From Candidatus Nanohaloarchaea archaeon (GTDB lineage: Archaea; Nanohalarchaeota; Nanosalinia; Nanosalinales; Nanosalinaceae): a stretch of DNA of 64,000 bases. The notes below the pieces were generated by a model. That model made no database searches. It was not told where the DNA came from and was given only the letters and a program-made list of their open reading frames with translations. Every line of letters starts with the position of its first letter. Within the stretch, counting starts at the first letter, position 1. Shown piece by piece: positions 19,110-29,027 of this stretch. A program made the position numbers and the translations under genes. Location: positions 4,716 to 68,715 of the forward strand of contig JBDGRK010000005.1 of the NCBI GenBank assembly GCA_042218075.1, given 5' to 3'.

Positions 19110-19714
19110 ATGAAAGATCCAATTAAAGTTCACGATCAGCTGGCGGAAGATTATATTGAGAAGTTCCCGGAGCCTTCTACGCATCTTGAAGAGTTTGCTG
19201 AAATGATGCCTGAAGAAGGAATTGTACTGGATGCAGGCTGTGGTGCTGGATTGGATTCAAACTATCTTAGCTCAAGAGGATTCGAAGTGGTTGGAGTAGA
19301 TCTCTCCGATAAAATGCTTGAGGTGGCAGAGCGAAACTTTCCGGATATAGAGTTCAGGAAAAAAGATCTGAGGGAACTCGACTTTGAGAAAAACAGTTTT
19401 GATGGAGTGGTCGCATCTTTCTCGCTAATTTACATACCAAAAGATGACATCCCTGGAATTATCCAGGAATTCGCCAAAATACTTGCTGAAAGAGGTCTTC
19501 TGTTCCTCGGTCTGCAGAAAGGGAGATCCCGAGAAACTAATGTCGAAGACCCGGCGACCGAAGGAGAAGTTTTCATGAACATAATGTCGGAGAAAGAAAT
19601 TCAAGATATTCTTGGAAAGTGCGGATTCTCCATCGAGAAAAATATGTCAGAGAACCCAAAACCAGCAAGGAATTTGACTTCGATAAACTCTTCATTATTG
19701 CCAGAACCAGCTAA
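19110..19714 (+). CDS. Class I SAM-dependent methyltransferase (apparent frameshift at 19638-19642)
   Basis: VLDAGCGAG, GVDLS, DLR, FDGVVA. A natural-looking C-terminus (KYVREPK...KLFIIARTS*) lies in another frame after an A5 run. Confidence 0.8.
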
Positions 19715-20232
19715 TCCCAGTAACCTTCCAGTATCTCCTTCCTCTCCCGGTATTCCTCCTGCATGTCAGGCAGCGACTTCTTCATCACTTTCGTGTCGAG
19801 AGAGGTCTCCATGAAGCCTCGATCTTTCTCGTAGATGGGTACGAGCTGGATGTGGAGGTGGGGTATGGACTCGCCAGCGGCCTTGCCTATGTTTATTCCC
19901 ACGTCTATTCCTGCAGGTTCGGCAACCTCCTTCTGTAGTTTCTCGACTCTTGAAACCATCTTGAACAGCCGATCTCTCTCCTCATCTTCCAGATCCGTCA
20001 GAGAATTGACATGTCTCTTCGGCACGACCATCAGGTGACCGGTGTTGTAGGGAAAGATGTTGAGCTCGACCATCAGGAAATCGTCCTCGAAAACCGGGAG
20101 GAAGGATACCCGATCATCACCCTCGGCCTGGGCACAGAATATGCAGTCGATGTCCTCAGGTATCTCACTCGCCTCGTACTCCTCTCTTTTCGGGCTCCAG
20201 AGGTACTGCTCGTAGGGTTTGAGATCGGTCAT
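19711..20232 (-). CDS. HIT-family nucleotide hydrolase/transferase
   Basis: CIFC, NIFPYNTGHLMVVPKRH, G.NIG..AG.SIPHLHIQLVP. Confidence 0.9.
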   Translation of the reverse strand: MTDLKPYEQYLWSPKREEYEASEIPEDIDCIFCAQAEGDDRVSFLPVFEDDFLMVELNIFPYNTGHLMVVPKRHVNSLTDLEDEERDRLFKMVSRVEKLQKEVAEPAGIDVGINIGKAAGESIPHLHIQLVPIYEKDRGFMETSLDTKVMKKSLPDMQEEYRERKEILEGYWD

Positions 20233-20269
20233 GTCTCCAAGTTGGCGAGCTGAGAATATAAGTATAGGG

Positions 20270-21031
20270 TCATATTACCGTTATCTCTTTCAGCCTTGTT
20301 CTCAGCTTCTGGCCCAGACCTCTTTCAGGAGGCTCGTCGCCTTTCAGCCTGTGAGCCACGTCTTTCACAGCTAGAGCAGCCCGGGATTCAGGCCTGTAGC
20401 TCACAACCGGCTTCCTCAGGGCGATGCTCTCCCTGACATGCTTGTGGTCGGGAATCCTGCCTATAATCTCCTCATCCACAAGATCCCTTATATCCTCTTC
20501 TTCAACCTCCGCCTTTTCATCCCTGACCATGTTCATGACCAGGCCTATCACGTCCCGGTCAAGTTCCTCTGCCAGCTTCTTGGCTCCGAGGGTGTTGGTC
20601 AGCGCCGGAAGCTCGGGATGGGAAACAAGGAGAACTTCGTCGCTGGCCTCGATAGCTGACTGGACTTCCTCATCCGTTCCGGCAGCGGCATCGATCAGTA
20701 CAAAATCTTTTTCCCCGAGAAAATCAACTATCGAGTGTTTCAGGTTCTCAGCATTACCGCTAAACTCAAGTACCGATGCTGGAAGTATAGAAACGCCTTC
20801 AGGATGCTTCGCAACTGCCTGGGTGATATATGCTTCACCCTCCAGAACATCGTTAAGAGAAACCTCCTGGAAGCCGAGACCGAAATGCTGTGCCATGTTC
20901 GCCCCGGTAAAGTTACCATCTATCAGGAGTACATCCTCTCCATGTTCGGAAAGCGCGACTCCAAGGTTCGCTGTTACAGTGGTCTTGCCGACTCCACCTT
21001 TTCCAGAAACAACAGATATTACCCGGGTCAT
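20270..21031 (-). CDS. minD: MinD/ParA-family ATPase
   Basis: SGKGGVGKTT deviant Walker A. Confidence 0.88.
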   Translation of the reverse strand: MTRVISVVSGKGGVGKTTVTANLGVALSEHGEDVLLIDGNFTGANMAQHFGLGFQEVSLNDVLEGEAYITQAVAKHPEGVSILPASVLEFSGNAENLKHSIVDFLGEKDFVLIDAAAGTDEEVQSAIEASDEVLLVSHPELPALTNTLGAKKLAEELDRDVIGLVMNMVRDEKAEVEEEDIRDLVDEEIIGRIPDHKHVRESIALRKPVVSYRPESRAALAVKDVAHRLKGDEPPERGLGQKLRTRLKEITVI

Positions 21032-21061
21032 GGTAAATACTTCACTAGCTCAAATAAAAGA

Positions 21062-21451
21062 TTACCCACTGTACTCGAAAACTTGATCGCACCGTCCTGT
21101 GGTGACTCTTACGTACCTGAAATCCCCTACATTACCATAAATTTTCTGTAGGGAGCTTTTTGGCACATCCTCATAATTCTCTGTCACGTTCCTGTCCCCC
21201 ACTATCTTGGCCGCCGCCTTCTCGACTTTCCTGTTTATCCTGAAGAAAACACTCACGTTGGATCCGCTTGATTCCACTCTGACAAACTCGGTCTCGATTC
21301 CGGCGCAGTCAAAAGTCTTGTTCTGTTGCCTGTTCGCAGTCTCTCCGATTTCGTTAATATTTCCCGACGACCAGGTGAATAGCATGTAACCAAATACCGC
21401 TATTATGAAGAAAAGCAGTATCGTTCCGGGTTTAAACATCGTGCGGCCCAT
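21062..21451 (-). CDS. Membrane-anchored pilin-like hypothetical protein
   Basis: N-terminal hydrophobic helix, two Cys, beta-rich globular part. Confidence 0.55.
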   Translation of the reverse strand: MGRTMFKPGTILLFFIIAVFGYMLFTWSSGNINEIGETANRQQNKTFDCAGIETEFVRVESSGSNVSVFFRINRKVEKAAAKIVGDRNVTENYEDVPKSSLQKIYGNVGDFRYVRVTTGRCDQVFEYSG

Positions 21452-21460
21452 AGACCATTA

Positions 21461-22228
21461 TTATCTCAGTCTATTGAAAAGCTTGGAGAATAATCCTTCC
21501 TCTTCAATTTCTGGCTCGTAATCCAATCCTGCTACCTCTGCGGCAACCGCCCTGAATCTCTCCGAAACATGATGTTCGGGATCATGATGCACCATAGGCT
21601 TTTTCACGGCTAGCGCTTCCTGTACTTTCTCATCTTCCGGAACCCTCATGATGACTTCATGCCCAAGCATGGACTCTATCTCGTCATCCTCCAGTTCCGA
21701 TTCGCGGCCATTGACCCTGTTTACAACAACTCCCAGAACATCAGTCACAGCTTCCTCCGCAATGTTTACGGTCTTCAATGCGTCAGTAACCGCGGGGAGG
21801 TTTGGATTTGTAACAACCAGTACCTCATCGCTGGCCTCGATAGCGTTAATAGACTCATTTCCAAGGCCTGCTGCCGAATCTACAAGAACGAAGTCCGGCT
21901 CTCCGACAGTGTCAAGCAGCACATCCGAAAGATTTTCGGGAGAAGTATCTACAAGGTCTTCGATCGATAATCCTGCCGGAACCACCCTGAGACCCGAATT
22001 GTGTATATACATCGCCTCTGTTATATGCGCGTCGCCTTTCAGTACATCGTGAAGGGTATTCGGGTATAGAGGAATTCCAAGATGAAACCCCAGGTTGGGA
22101 TTTGTCAGGTTGGCGTCCAGAACTATAGTATCAGTCCCGAACTGTGTCAGCGCCGCTCCAATATTGGATGTTACAGTGGTTTTGCCTGTTCCTCCTTTGC
22201 CGCTGCTGACACAGATCAACCGGGTCAT
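21461..22228 (-). CDS. minD: Archaeal cell-division ATPase MinD
   Basis: SGKGGTGKTT, DANLTNPNL, DSAAGLG, C-terminal amphipathic GLFSKLF. Start taken at MTRLI. Confidence 0.92.
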   Translation of the reverse strand: MTRLICVSSGKGGTGKTTVTSNIGAALTQFGTDTIVLDANLTNPNLGFHLGIPLYPNTLHDVLKGDAHITEAMYIHNSGLRVVPAGLSIEDLVDTSPENLSDVLLDTVGEPDFVLVDSAAGLGNESINAIEASDEVLVVTNPNLPAVTDALKTVNIAEEAVTDVLGVVVNRVNGRESELEDDEIESMLGHEVIMRVPEDEKVQEALAVKKPMVHHDPEHHVSERFRAVAAEVAGLDYEPEIEEEGLFSKLFNRLR

Positions 22229-22324
22229 CGTATCATTCAAATTGAAATCAAGCATTTAAATTAGCTGGTGAAGTTCTGAGAGAAAGATTTTAGATTGAAA
22301 TAAGTTGATGAAATAAGAAGATTC

Positions 22325-25168
22325 ATGCCCAAGGATTTCGCGGAAAAGCTGAGCTCTATCGAGGAAAAATGGCAGGAGAGATGGAGGGAAGAAAAACTGT
22401 TCGAGGCGGAGCCTGATGAAGACAAAGAGAAATTCTTCATAACTGCTGCATATCCCTACCCGAGCGGAGGCATGCATGTCGGGCACGTCCGGACATACAC
22501 ATTTCCTGATGTATTCGCTCGCTTCAAGAAGATGCAGGGCTACAACGTCCTTTTCCCTATGGCCTGGCATGTAACTGGAACTCCGATAATAGGGGCGCTG
22601 GACAGGCTGAAGGAAGGTGAGGAAAAGCAATGGAAAGTACTAACCAACACTTATAACGTGCCTGAAGAAGTCCTGGAGGAGATGGAGAAGCCGATGGACT
22701 TTGCGGAGTACTTCATCGAGAACTCCTACAAGAAGAACATGAGGAACCTTGGAATAGGGATTGACTGGCGCAGAGACTTTACAACGAACGACAAAACATA
22801 CAATAAACTGATAGAATGGCAGTACAAGCGGCTGAAAGAAAAAGGATTGGTGAGTGAAGGTCTGCATCCTACGAAATACGACTTGAAGTCGGAGAACCCT
22901 GTGACCGATCATGATCTTCTGGAAGGAGAGGATGCGGAGAAGCAGGAGTATTCGCTGGTCAAGTTCGAGGGCGAAGACTATATCTTCCCCATGGCGACCC
23001 TTAGACCTGAAACAGTATTTGGAGTCACACATACGCTCGTGAATCCTGAAGTCGAGTATGTGACAGCGACAGTGGACGGAGAGAAATGGGTTGTCTCAGA
23101 GGAAGCGGCGGAGAAACTCGAGCACCAGGACCGAGAAGTTGAGATAACCGGTACTGTGGAAGGCGAGGAACTCGTCGGAGAAGAGGTGAGAAATCCTGTA
23201 ACCGGCGACAGGGTGATCTTCCTACCTGCCACATTTGTGGACCCGGATTCGGGTTCAGGTCTGGTTATGTCGGTTCCCGCCCATGCACCATACGACTGGA
23301 TCTCGCTGAAGGATATACAGCAGGATGAAAATACTCTTAGAGAATACGGTCTGGATCCTGAAAGGGTCAGGGAAATAGAGCCTGTGAAGATAATCAACGT
23401 GGAAGATTATGATGGAATCCCGGCGCAGGAAGCCTGTGAGGATTATGGTATCGAATCGCAGGAAGATGAGGAAGCACTGGAGAAAGCCACGGAGGAAGTC
23501 TACGAGAAAGAGTTCCATACAGGCACTCTGAACGCCAACTGTCAAGACTTTGCAGGCGAAAAAGTGAACTCGGTGAAGGATCATCTGGTTGAGCAGTTCG
23601 AGAACATGGGGAGATTTGACTCGATGTACGACTTTTCAGAGGAAGTTGTTTCCAGAAGTGGTGGAAAGGTTATTGTTTCACTCCAGAATTCTTGGTTTAT
23701 TGATTACGGTAATGAGGAATGGAAGACAAAGGTCCGAGACTATCTTGATGAAATAGCCTTGATTCCTGAGGATACAAAGAAGGACTTCCTTGATACAGTG
23801 GACTGGCTGGAGAGCTGGCCCGCGATAAGAAATTATGGTCTTGGAACCCCTTTGCCGTTTGACGAGGATTTCATAGTGGAACCTCTTTCCGACTCAACGA
23901 TCTACATGGCTTTCTACACTATTAGCCATATAGTTGACGAGCCGGAGAAGCTTCAACCAATATTCTTTGACTACCTTATTCAGGACGAGCATAGTGCTGA
24001 AGAAGTGGCCGAGGAAACAGGAATGGATCTAGAAACTATAGAGGAATGCAAGCGGAATTACGATTACTGGTATCCTCTCGACTGGAGAACCACAGCCCAT
24101 CCCTTGATCAGAAACCATCTAACCTTCATGCTTTTCCATCATGCAGCTCTATTCCAGAAGGAAGACTGGCCTCAGGGTATTGCGAGCTGGGGGCTTGTCT
24201 CCCTTGAAGGGAAAAAGATGAGTTCTTCCAAGGGTCGCGTGGCGCTTCCGGATGAGGAAATCGAGAAGTACGGCGCTGATTCGGTCAGGTTCTTTTTGTT
24301 TGGAAGTTTGGAGCCATGGGAGGACTTCAACTGGACAGATGAGGGAATCACAAAGTACCAGAACCAGCTCAGGAACTTCTACCATAGAACCTGCGAAATG
24401 ATAGAATCCGGAACTCAAAGAGAGAGGAATAAACTTGATAGATACACACTATCAAGGCTCCAGAAGATAATCAGTAAAGCGACTGAAGGCCTTGAAGAAT
24501 TCCAGACACGTAAAGCAGGGTTGGCTTCATTCTTCGAGCTGAATTCCTTGATAAACAACTACAGAAACCGCTCTGACAAAATGAACTCGGAAGTTATTGA
24601 GGCTCTCATTTCGGCACAGGTAAGGCTGATGGCTCCGTTCACACCGCACGTATGCGAAGAACTCTGGAAAAAGCTTGGAAATGAAGGATTCGTCTCCGAG
24701 GCCGAGTGGCCGGAAGTAGATGAAGGTTTATTTGATGAGGAAGTTGAGCAAGAGTACACGCTATTTGAGAATATTGTAGATGATGTCAGAGAAATCAGTG
24801 AAATAGTTGAAGAATTCGATCAGATCAAGATCATACTTGCAGAGGACTGGAAGAGGGAGCTTTTCCGGGAGATGGAGGAAGTCATAGACGAAAGGCCGGA
24901 GTTCGGGGAGGCGATGGGCAGACTTGTCGAAGGAAGAGAAGAGCACTCTGAGACAGTCAAGAGCTATCTCAAGGAATACCTTGAAGAGCCGGGAAAGATG
25001 CCGGAGAGGATTTTCAGTAGCGGGAGAGAAATTGAGATAATAGAGGAGAACGTCTCCTATATTGAGAAAGAGTTTGATGCAGAGGTGGTAATCGAGAGGG
25101 AAGAGGATTCGGAAGAGAAGAAGGCTTCAAGGGCGGAGCCCGGAAAGCCGGCGATAGTGATGGAGTGA
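22325..25168 (+). CDS. leuS: Leucine--tRNA ligase (archaeal type)
   Basis: PYPSGGMHVGH, ATLRPET, KMSSS, C-terminal AEPGKPAI. Confidence 0.97.
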   Translation: MPKDFAEKLSSIEEKWQERWREEKLFEAEPDEDKEKFFITAAYPYPSGGMHVGHVRTYTFPDVFARFKKMQGYNVLFPMAWHVTGTPIIGALDRLKEGEEKQWKVLTNTYNVPEEVLEEMEKPMDFAEYFIENSYKKNMRNLGIGIDWRRDFTTNDKTYNKLIEWQYKRLKEKGLVSEGLHPTKYDLKSENPVTDHDLLEGEDAEKQEYSLVKFEGEDYIFPMATLRPETVFGVTHTLVNPEVEYVTATVDGEKWVVSEEAAEKLEHQDREVEITGTVEGEELVGEEVRNPVTGDRVIFLPATFVDPDSGSGLVMSVPAHAPYDWISLKDIQQDENTLREYGLDPERVREIEPVKIINVEDYDGIPAQEACEDYGIESQEDEEALEKATEEVYEKEFHTGTLNANCQDFAGEKVNSVKDHLVEQFENMGRFDSMYDFSEEVVSRSGGKVIVSLQNSWFIDYGNEEWKTKVRDYLDEIALIPEDTKKDFLDTVDWLESWPAIRNYGLGTPLPFDEDFIVEPLSDSTIYMAFYTISHIVDEPEKLQPIFFDYLIQDEHSAEEVAEETGMDLETIEECKRNYDYWYPLDWRTTAHPLIRNHLTFMLFHHAALFQKEDWPQGIASWGLVSLEGKKMSSSKGRVALPDEEIEKYGADSVRFFLFGSLEPWEDFNWTDEGITKYQNQLRNFYHRTCEMIESGTQRERNKLDRYTLSRLQKIISKATEGLEEFQTRKAGLASFFELNSLINNYRNRSDKMNSEVIEALISAQVRLMAPFTPHVCEELWKKLGNEGFVSEAEWPEVDEGLFDEEVEQEYTLFENIVDDVREISEIVEEFDQIKIILAEDWKRELFREMEEVIDERPEFGEAMGRLVEGREEHSETVKSYLKEYLEEPGKMPERIFSSGREIEIIEENVSYIEKEFDAEVVIEREEDSEEKKASRAEPGKPAIVME

Positions 25169-25833
25169 TGGTAGCTGAATTCAGGGATCCTGATTATGTG
25201 GACAAAGGTTCGGTCGATCCAGAGATTCTTGTAGAAATCTACGCTAATTTTGGCAGTTACGAGTCGAGCGATCAAAAGCCGAAGGAGAAGAAGCAAAATC
25301 TTGAGGAACTCTTTGGCAATATCTCTTCAGAACTTCTCTACTTAAGAGAACACGAACTGGTAACAGTACTGGCCGATGGAGAACAACTGAATGTAAAATT
25401 GAGCTACGGAGAGTGGGAACTGGCTGAGGAAATATTTGAAAGAACCTGCAGGAGTGAGAAACCTTCAGAAATTATGGAGGATATGGATTTACCTCATTAC
25501 CTGGAAAATCCGGAAGATACTGCGGAGGAATACTTCAATCCCTATGTCGAGGGATCGCACCATCCGCCGGTGGAGCTCCTGGAGGAAATCATCAGAAATA
25601 TTCCTGAAGGTGAAGAGGTCAGTCCTGACGAGGTCACGGAAAAAACAAGAATTTTATCCCACAGGGGATTAAGGAGATGGATGAACTATCTCGAAGGTCA
25701 GGAAGTGCTGGAAAGAACAGAAAGTGGCAGATTCAGAATTGTTGATTCCGCTGACATTGACCACATACTTGAAGAACCTGAGGAGAGTCTGAAGAATAAG
25801 GAGAGGTTCGGAAGGAATCCCTGGAAACCCTAA
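25165..25833 (+). CDS. Hypothetical acidic protein with possible C-terminal winged helix
   Basis: 222-aa ORF coupled to leuS; LRRWMNYLEGQEVLER helix. Confidence 0.6.
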   Translation: MMVAEFRDPDYVDKGSVDPEILVEIYANFGSYESSDQKPKEKKQNLEELFGNISSELLYLREHELVTVLADGEQLNVKLSYGEWELAEEIFERTCRSEKPSEIMEDMDLPHYLENPEDTAEEYFNPYVEGSHHPPVELLEEIIRNIPEGEEVSPDEVTEKTRILSHRGLRRWMNYLEGQEVLERTESGRFRIVDSADIDHILEEPEESLKNKERFGRNPWKP

Positions 25834-26093
25834 TATTTCTTTAGGCTTTTCTCGAGCCTGTCGTCCAGGTGTTCATCAACTTCAACCTCAGTATCTTGTA
25901 AGGCTTTTCTCTGGGCTGAAACCATCTTCTCCAGCTTCCTGATCCTCTTCGTCATCAAGGCCATCGCGGTCCATATCTGCCCTACGGAGGCGTTCTCCGC
26001 GTCCATGTAAATGTCCTCCTGATGCTCCACATCGTCAAGTAAAGATTCCAGCGAGATCTGCAGATCATCCGGAAGCTTCTCAACCCAGTCCAT
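25830..26093 (-). CDS. Hypothetical coiled-coil protein
   Basis: 87 aa, acidic, ASVGQIWTAMA motif; fills the gap between neighbours. Confidence 0.7.
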   Translation of the reverse strand: MDWVEKLPDDLQISLESLLDDVEHQEDIYMDAENASVGQIWTAMALMTKRIRKLEKMVSAQRKALQDTEVEVDEHLDDRLEKSLKKY

Positions 26094-26181
26094 AATTCAG
26101 AATCTTTAGTGAAAGTTTTTAACCTGATGGTAGTACCGGAAGGATGAAAGATTGAAAACAACAGATACTCCAGACTTGGAT

Positions 26182-26579
26182 ATGAGAAAGAAGTTAAATC
26201 TCATTATAATTTCTGCGGTCGCAGGATTAATTTCATACTACAGTCTCAGGCCTGTGGAAACTGTACCGGGAACGGGAGGCGCCACCAACTTTACTATACT
26301 TCATTTCCTGGCATACTTTGCCCTTGGAGGAGCCGTTCTTCTCCACGTCCACGACAATACGAAGGGACACTTGATAGCAGCTTTCTCGGCCTTTAGCTTC
26401 GGACTGGCGATGGAAGTTATTCAGACACAGATTCCCTCAAGATACTTCAGCTACCACGACCTCGCCATCAAATTGCAGGTTCTTCTCTTATAATGCTGGA
26501 CCATCGATCAAGGCTCGTGACTGACTATATAGAGATCGAAGACAGGATTCTGGAGAGGCTGGAGAGAAAGATTCTGTAA
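26182..26579 (+). CDS. VanZ-family membrane protein (apparent frameshift near 26470)
   Basis: HFLAYF.L, E.IQ..IP.R..S..D motifs; continuation IAGSSLIMLD...KIL* lies in another frame. Confidence 0.75.
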
Positions 26580-26612
26580 CAGGTTTTTAACTTTCTCCCC
26601 GAATCCAAGCCT

Positions 26613-27266
26613 ATGGAAGAAGGAGAGATGGTCATGGTCGACTACGTCGGCAGATCCGACGGGGAAGTTTTTGACCTGACCGTGGAGGAAAAAGCGGAAG
26701 AAGAGGGAATGGATAGCTCTGAACTGGATTTCTCACCCATACCGGTACTGATAGGCGAAGGATACGTGATAGAGGGATTTGAGGAAGCACTACTCGATAT
26801 GGAGGTAGGAGATGAAAAGGAGATTGAAGTTCCCGTGGAAAAAGCATATGGGGAAAGAGACTCGGATGAAGTCGAGACCTATCCTGAACGTGAGTTCGAG
26901 AAGCAGGGAGTGAATGTCAGGAGAGGCGAGGAGGTTATGATCGGGAACAGGAGAGGAAGGGTGATTTTCAAGGGTTCGGGCAGGGTGAAGATCGATTTCA
27001 ACCATCCTCTCGCAGGTAAAGACCTGGAGTACTGGATTTCCGTGAAGGAGAAGATCGAGGCCGACGAGAAGAAAGCGGAAAAAATATTTGATTATAGGGT
27101 CGGCCACGGGTCAGATGAGATGGAGTTTGAAGACGGAAAGGTGAAAGTCCCGGCAACTCATTCCCATGGAGACCACGAGCATGAATTACCGGAAGAGCTA
27201 AGGCAGACAGTAAGGAGAGAAATAACAGAAAACACAGGCTTTGAAGAAGTCAAATTTACAGAATGA
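26613..27266 (+). CDS. FKBP-type peptidyl-prolyl isomerase (long archaeal FKBP/SlyD-like)
   Basis: GEVFD, VIEGFEEAL, EKAYG.R, DFNHPLAGKDL. Confidence 0.95.
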   Translation: MEEGEMVMVDYVGRSDGEVFDLTVEEKAEEEGMDSSELDFSPIPVLIGEGYVIEGFEEALLDMEVGDEKEIEVPVEKAYGERDSDEVETYPEREFEKQGVNVRRGEEVMIGNRRGRVIFKGSGRVKIDFNHPLAGKDLEYWISVKEKIEADEKKAEKIFDYRVGHGSDEMEFEDGKVKVPATHSHGDHEHELPEELRQTVRREITENTGFEEVKFTE

Positions 27267-27334
27267 GAAGGATAAGCCCAATTTTAAATAGATTGAGGAT
27301 AACCTCTTTTACATAACAACAAGGGTTCTCAAGC

Positions 27335-28444
27335 ATGGAAGACAAGATCCACGAGGCAAAGCAGAAGGGAGGCGGTGTACCGCAGTCAAACCAGAAAAAC
27401 CATGATATCGACGATGAACTCGAGCAACTGATAGAGCAGAGGAAGGCTGATATCAAGGTTATCGGGACAGGCGGAGCCGGAAACAATACTATCTCACGCC
27501 TCGTGGAGGTGGGAATAGAAGGATGCGAAACTGTCGCGATGAACACGGATGCGCAGGATCTTCTATACGCTAACGCGGACAAGAAAGTCCTTATAGGCAA
27601 GGAACTCACCGGGGGACTCGGAGCAGGCGCCGATCCCAAGGTCGGAGAGGAATCAGCCAAAGAATCCCAGCAGAAGGTGAAGGAAGCGGTAAGAGGCTCG
27701 GACATGGTATTCGTAACATGTGGCCTCGGGGGAGGAACAGGTACAGGTTCAGCCCCAGTAATCGCACAGCAGGCCAAGAAGGAAGGCGCATTAACTGTGG
27801 GAATTGTCACACTGCCTTTCGAGATGGAAGGTCAATCCAGGCAGGAAAACGCGGAATACGGACTTGAAATGCTTGAGGATGTCGTTGACACTCTTATCGT
27901 TATTCCCAACGACAAGCTTCTTGAGATAGTTCCCGATGTTTCCCTGAACACGGCATTCAAGATCGCAGACGAGATCCTGGTGAACGCGGTTAAGGGCGTT
28001 ACGGAGCTGGTGACAAAGCCGGGACTTGTGAACCTTGACTTCGCCGACATAAGGGCGGTGATGGGTGAAGGAGGAATCGCGATGATAGGAATGGGACAGT
28101 CCGATACGGACTCCCGGGCACAGGAAGCGGTGCAGAAAGCCCTGAGCAATCCGTTACTCGACGTGGATATAAAAGGGGGTAAAGGTGCGCTTGTTAACGT
28201 TACAGGCGGAACCTCGCTGTCGCTGAACGAGGCCCAGGAAGTCGTGAATACCGTGAGCGGAAAGCTGAGCGAGAACGCGAAGGTCATCTGGGGCGCACAG
28301 GTGAGAGAGGACATGGATGATGAGCTCCAGGCGATGATCATCGTCACGGGAGTCGAGTCACCGCAGATCTACGGTCCGGAGAAGACTCACAGTGATGAGT
28401 ACGAGGAAGAGATCGAGGAAGAGCTGGGAGTAGAGTTTATCTAG
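27335..28444 (+). CDS. ftsZ: Cell division protein FtsZ
   Basis: [21 protein letters not shown]. Confidence 0.98.
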   Translation: MEDKIHEAKQKGGGVPQSNQKNHDIDDELEQLIEQRKADIKVIGTGGAGNNTISRLVEVGIEGCETVAMNTDAQDLLYANADKKVLIGKELTGGLGAGADPKVGEESAKESQQKVKEAVRGSDMVFVTCGLGGGTGTGSAPVIAQQAKKEGALTVGIVTLPFEMEGQSRQENAEYGLEMLEDVVDTLIVIPNDKLLEIVPDVSLNTAFKIADEILVNAVKGVTELVTKPGLVNLDFADIRAVMGEGGIAMIGMGQSDTDSRAQEAVQKALSNPLLDVDIKGGKGALVNVTGGTSLSLNEAQEVVNTVSGKLSENAKVIWGAQVREDMDDELQAMIIVTGVESPQIYGPEKTHSDEYEEEIEEELGVEFI

Positions 28445-28460
28445 AATCCTGGTGACGACT

Positions 28461-28718
28461 ATGGTAGCGGAAGTACTTGGCGCTTTGTTTGGAGCCGGCA
28501 TGGCAGGATTTTTCCTTCTAATTCTCTTATTCGGGGCGATAGAGCTTATAGGCAAGATCTACGGAACGTTCCGCTGTCTCGTTAGACAGGAACTGAGCTC
28601 TGAACAGAGGATCATCTACCTTCTCCTGATCTGGTTCATACCTCTCGGATGGCTGATCTACTTCCTGCTGGGAAGTGAGAGAACAGAGGAGCTTTTCTCC
28701 GAACTCGATCTATTTTAA
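28461..28718 (+). CDS. Small membrane protein (PLDc N-terminal-like)
   Basis: Hydrophobic; IYLLLIWFIPLGWLIYFLLG; GGTGA SD upstream. Confidence 0.7.
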   Translation: MVAEVLGALFGAGMAGFFLLILLFGAIELIGKIYGTFRCLVRQELSSEQRIIYLLLIWFIPLGWLIYFLLGSERTEELFSELDLF

Positions 28719-28726
28719 CCTTCTCC

Positions 28727-28817
28727 TTATAAAACTTCACTCCAATTGCTCAATACCCGTCAGCACCACCTCTGGTGGGAGGGAACTAGACTTGGTTCTC
28801 TCATAGCTGGCAGGTGA
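28727..28817 (+). promoter_or_regulatory. secE operon promoter and structured 5' leader
   Basis: TTATAAAA at 28727-34; GTCAGC/GCTGGC stem enclosing two hairpins; AGGTGA SD. Confidence 0.6.
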
Positions 28818-28822
28818 TAAAT

Positions 28823-29023
28823 ATGGAGTTGAAACCCCGCAAATGGAAGAACGAGGCGAAAAAGAAGCTGAACGAGTACAAGCGAGTCCTACAGATAGCG
28901 ACGAAGCCGGACAGGGAAGAGTTCTCGATGGCCGCGAAAGTCACGGGAGCAGGCATCGTAATCATAGGCGTCATGGGCTTCGTGTTCTACCTCGCCTCCA
29001 ACCTGATACCACAGTACATCTGA
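28823..29023 (+). CDS. secE: Protein translocase subunit SecE (Sec61 gamma)
   Basis: EYKRVL.IA.KPDREEF...KVTGAGI..IG..GF. Confidence 0.95.
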   Translation: MELKPRKWKNEAKKKLNEYKRVLQIATKPDREEFSMAAKVTGAGIVIIGVMGFVFYLASNLIPQYI

Positions 29024-29027
29024 TAGA

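Noticed and set aside
22870-23680. Loss of Zn-knuckle cysteines in LeuRS as part of a global Cys purge
   Set aside because: AlaRS, TopA and HIT retain their Cys clusters, so there is no general pattern.
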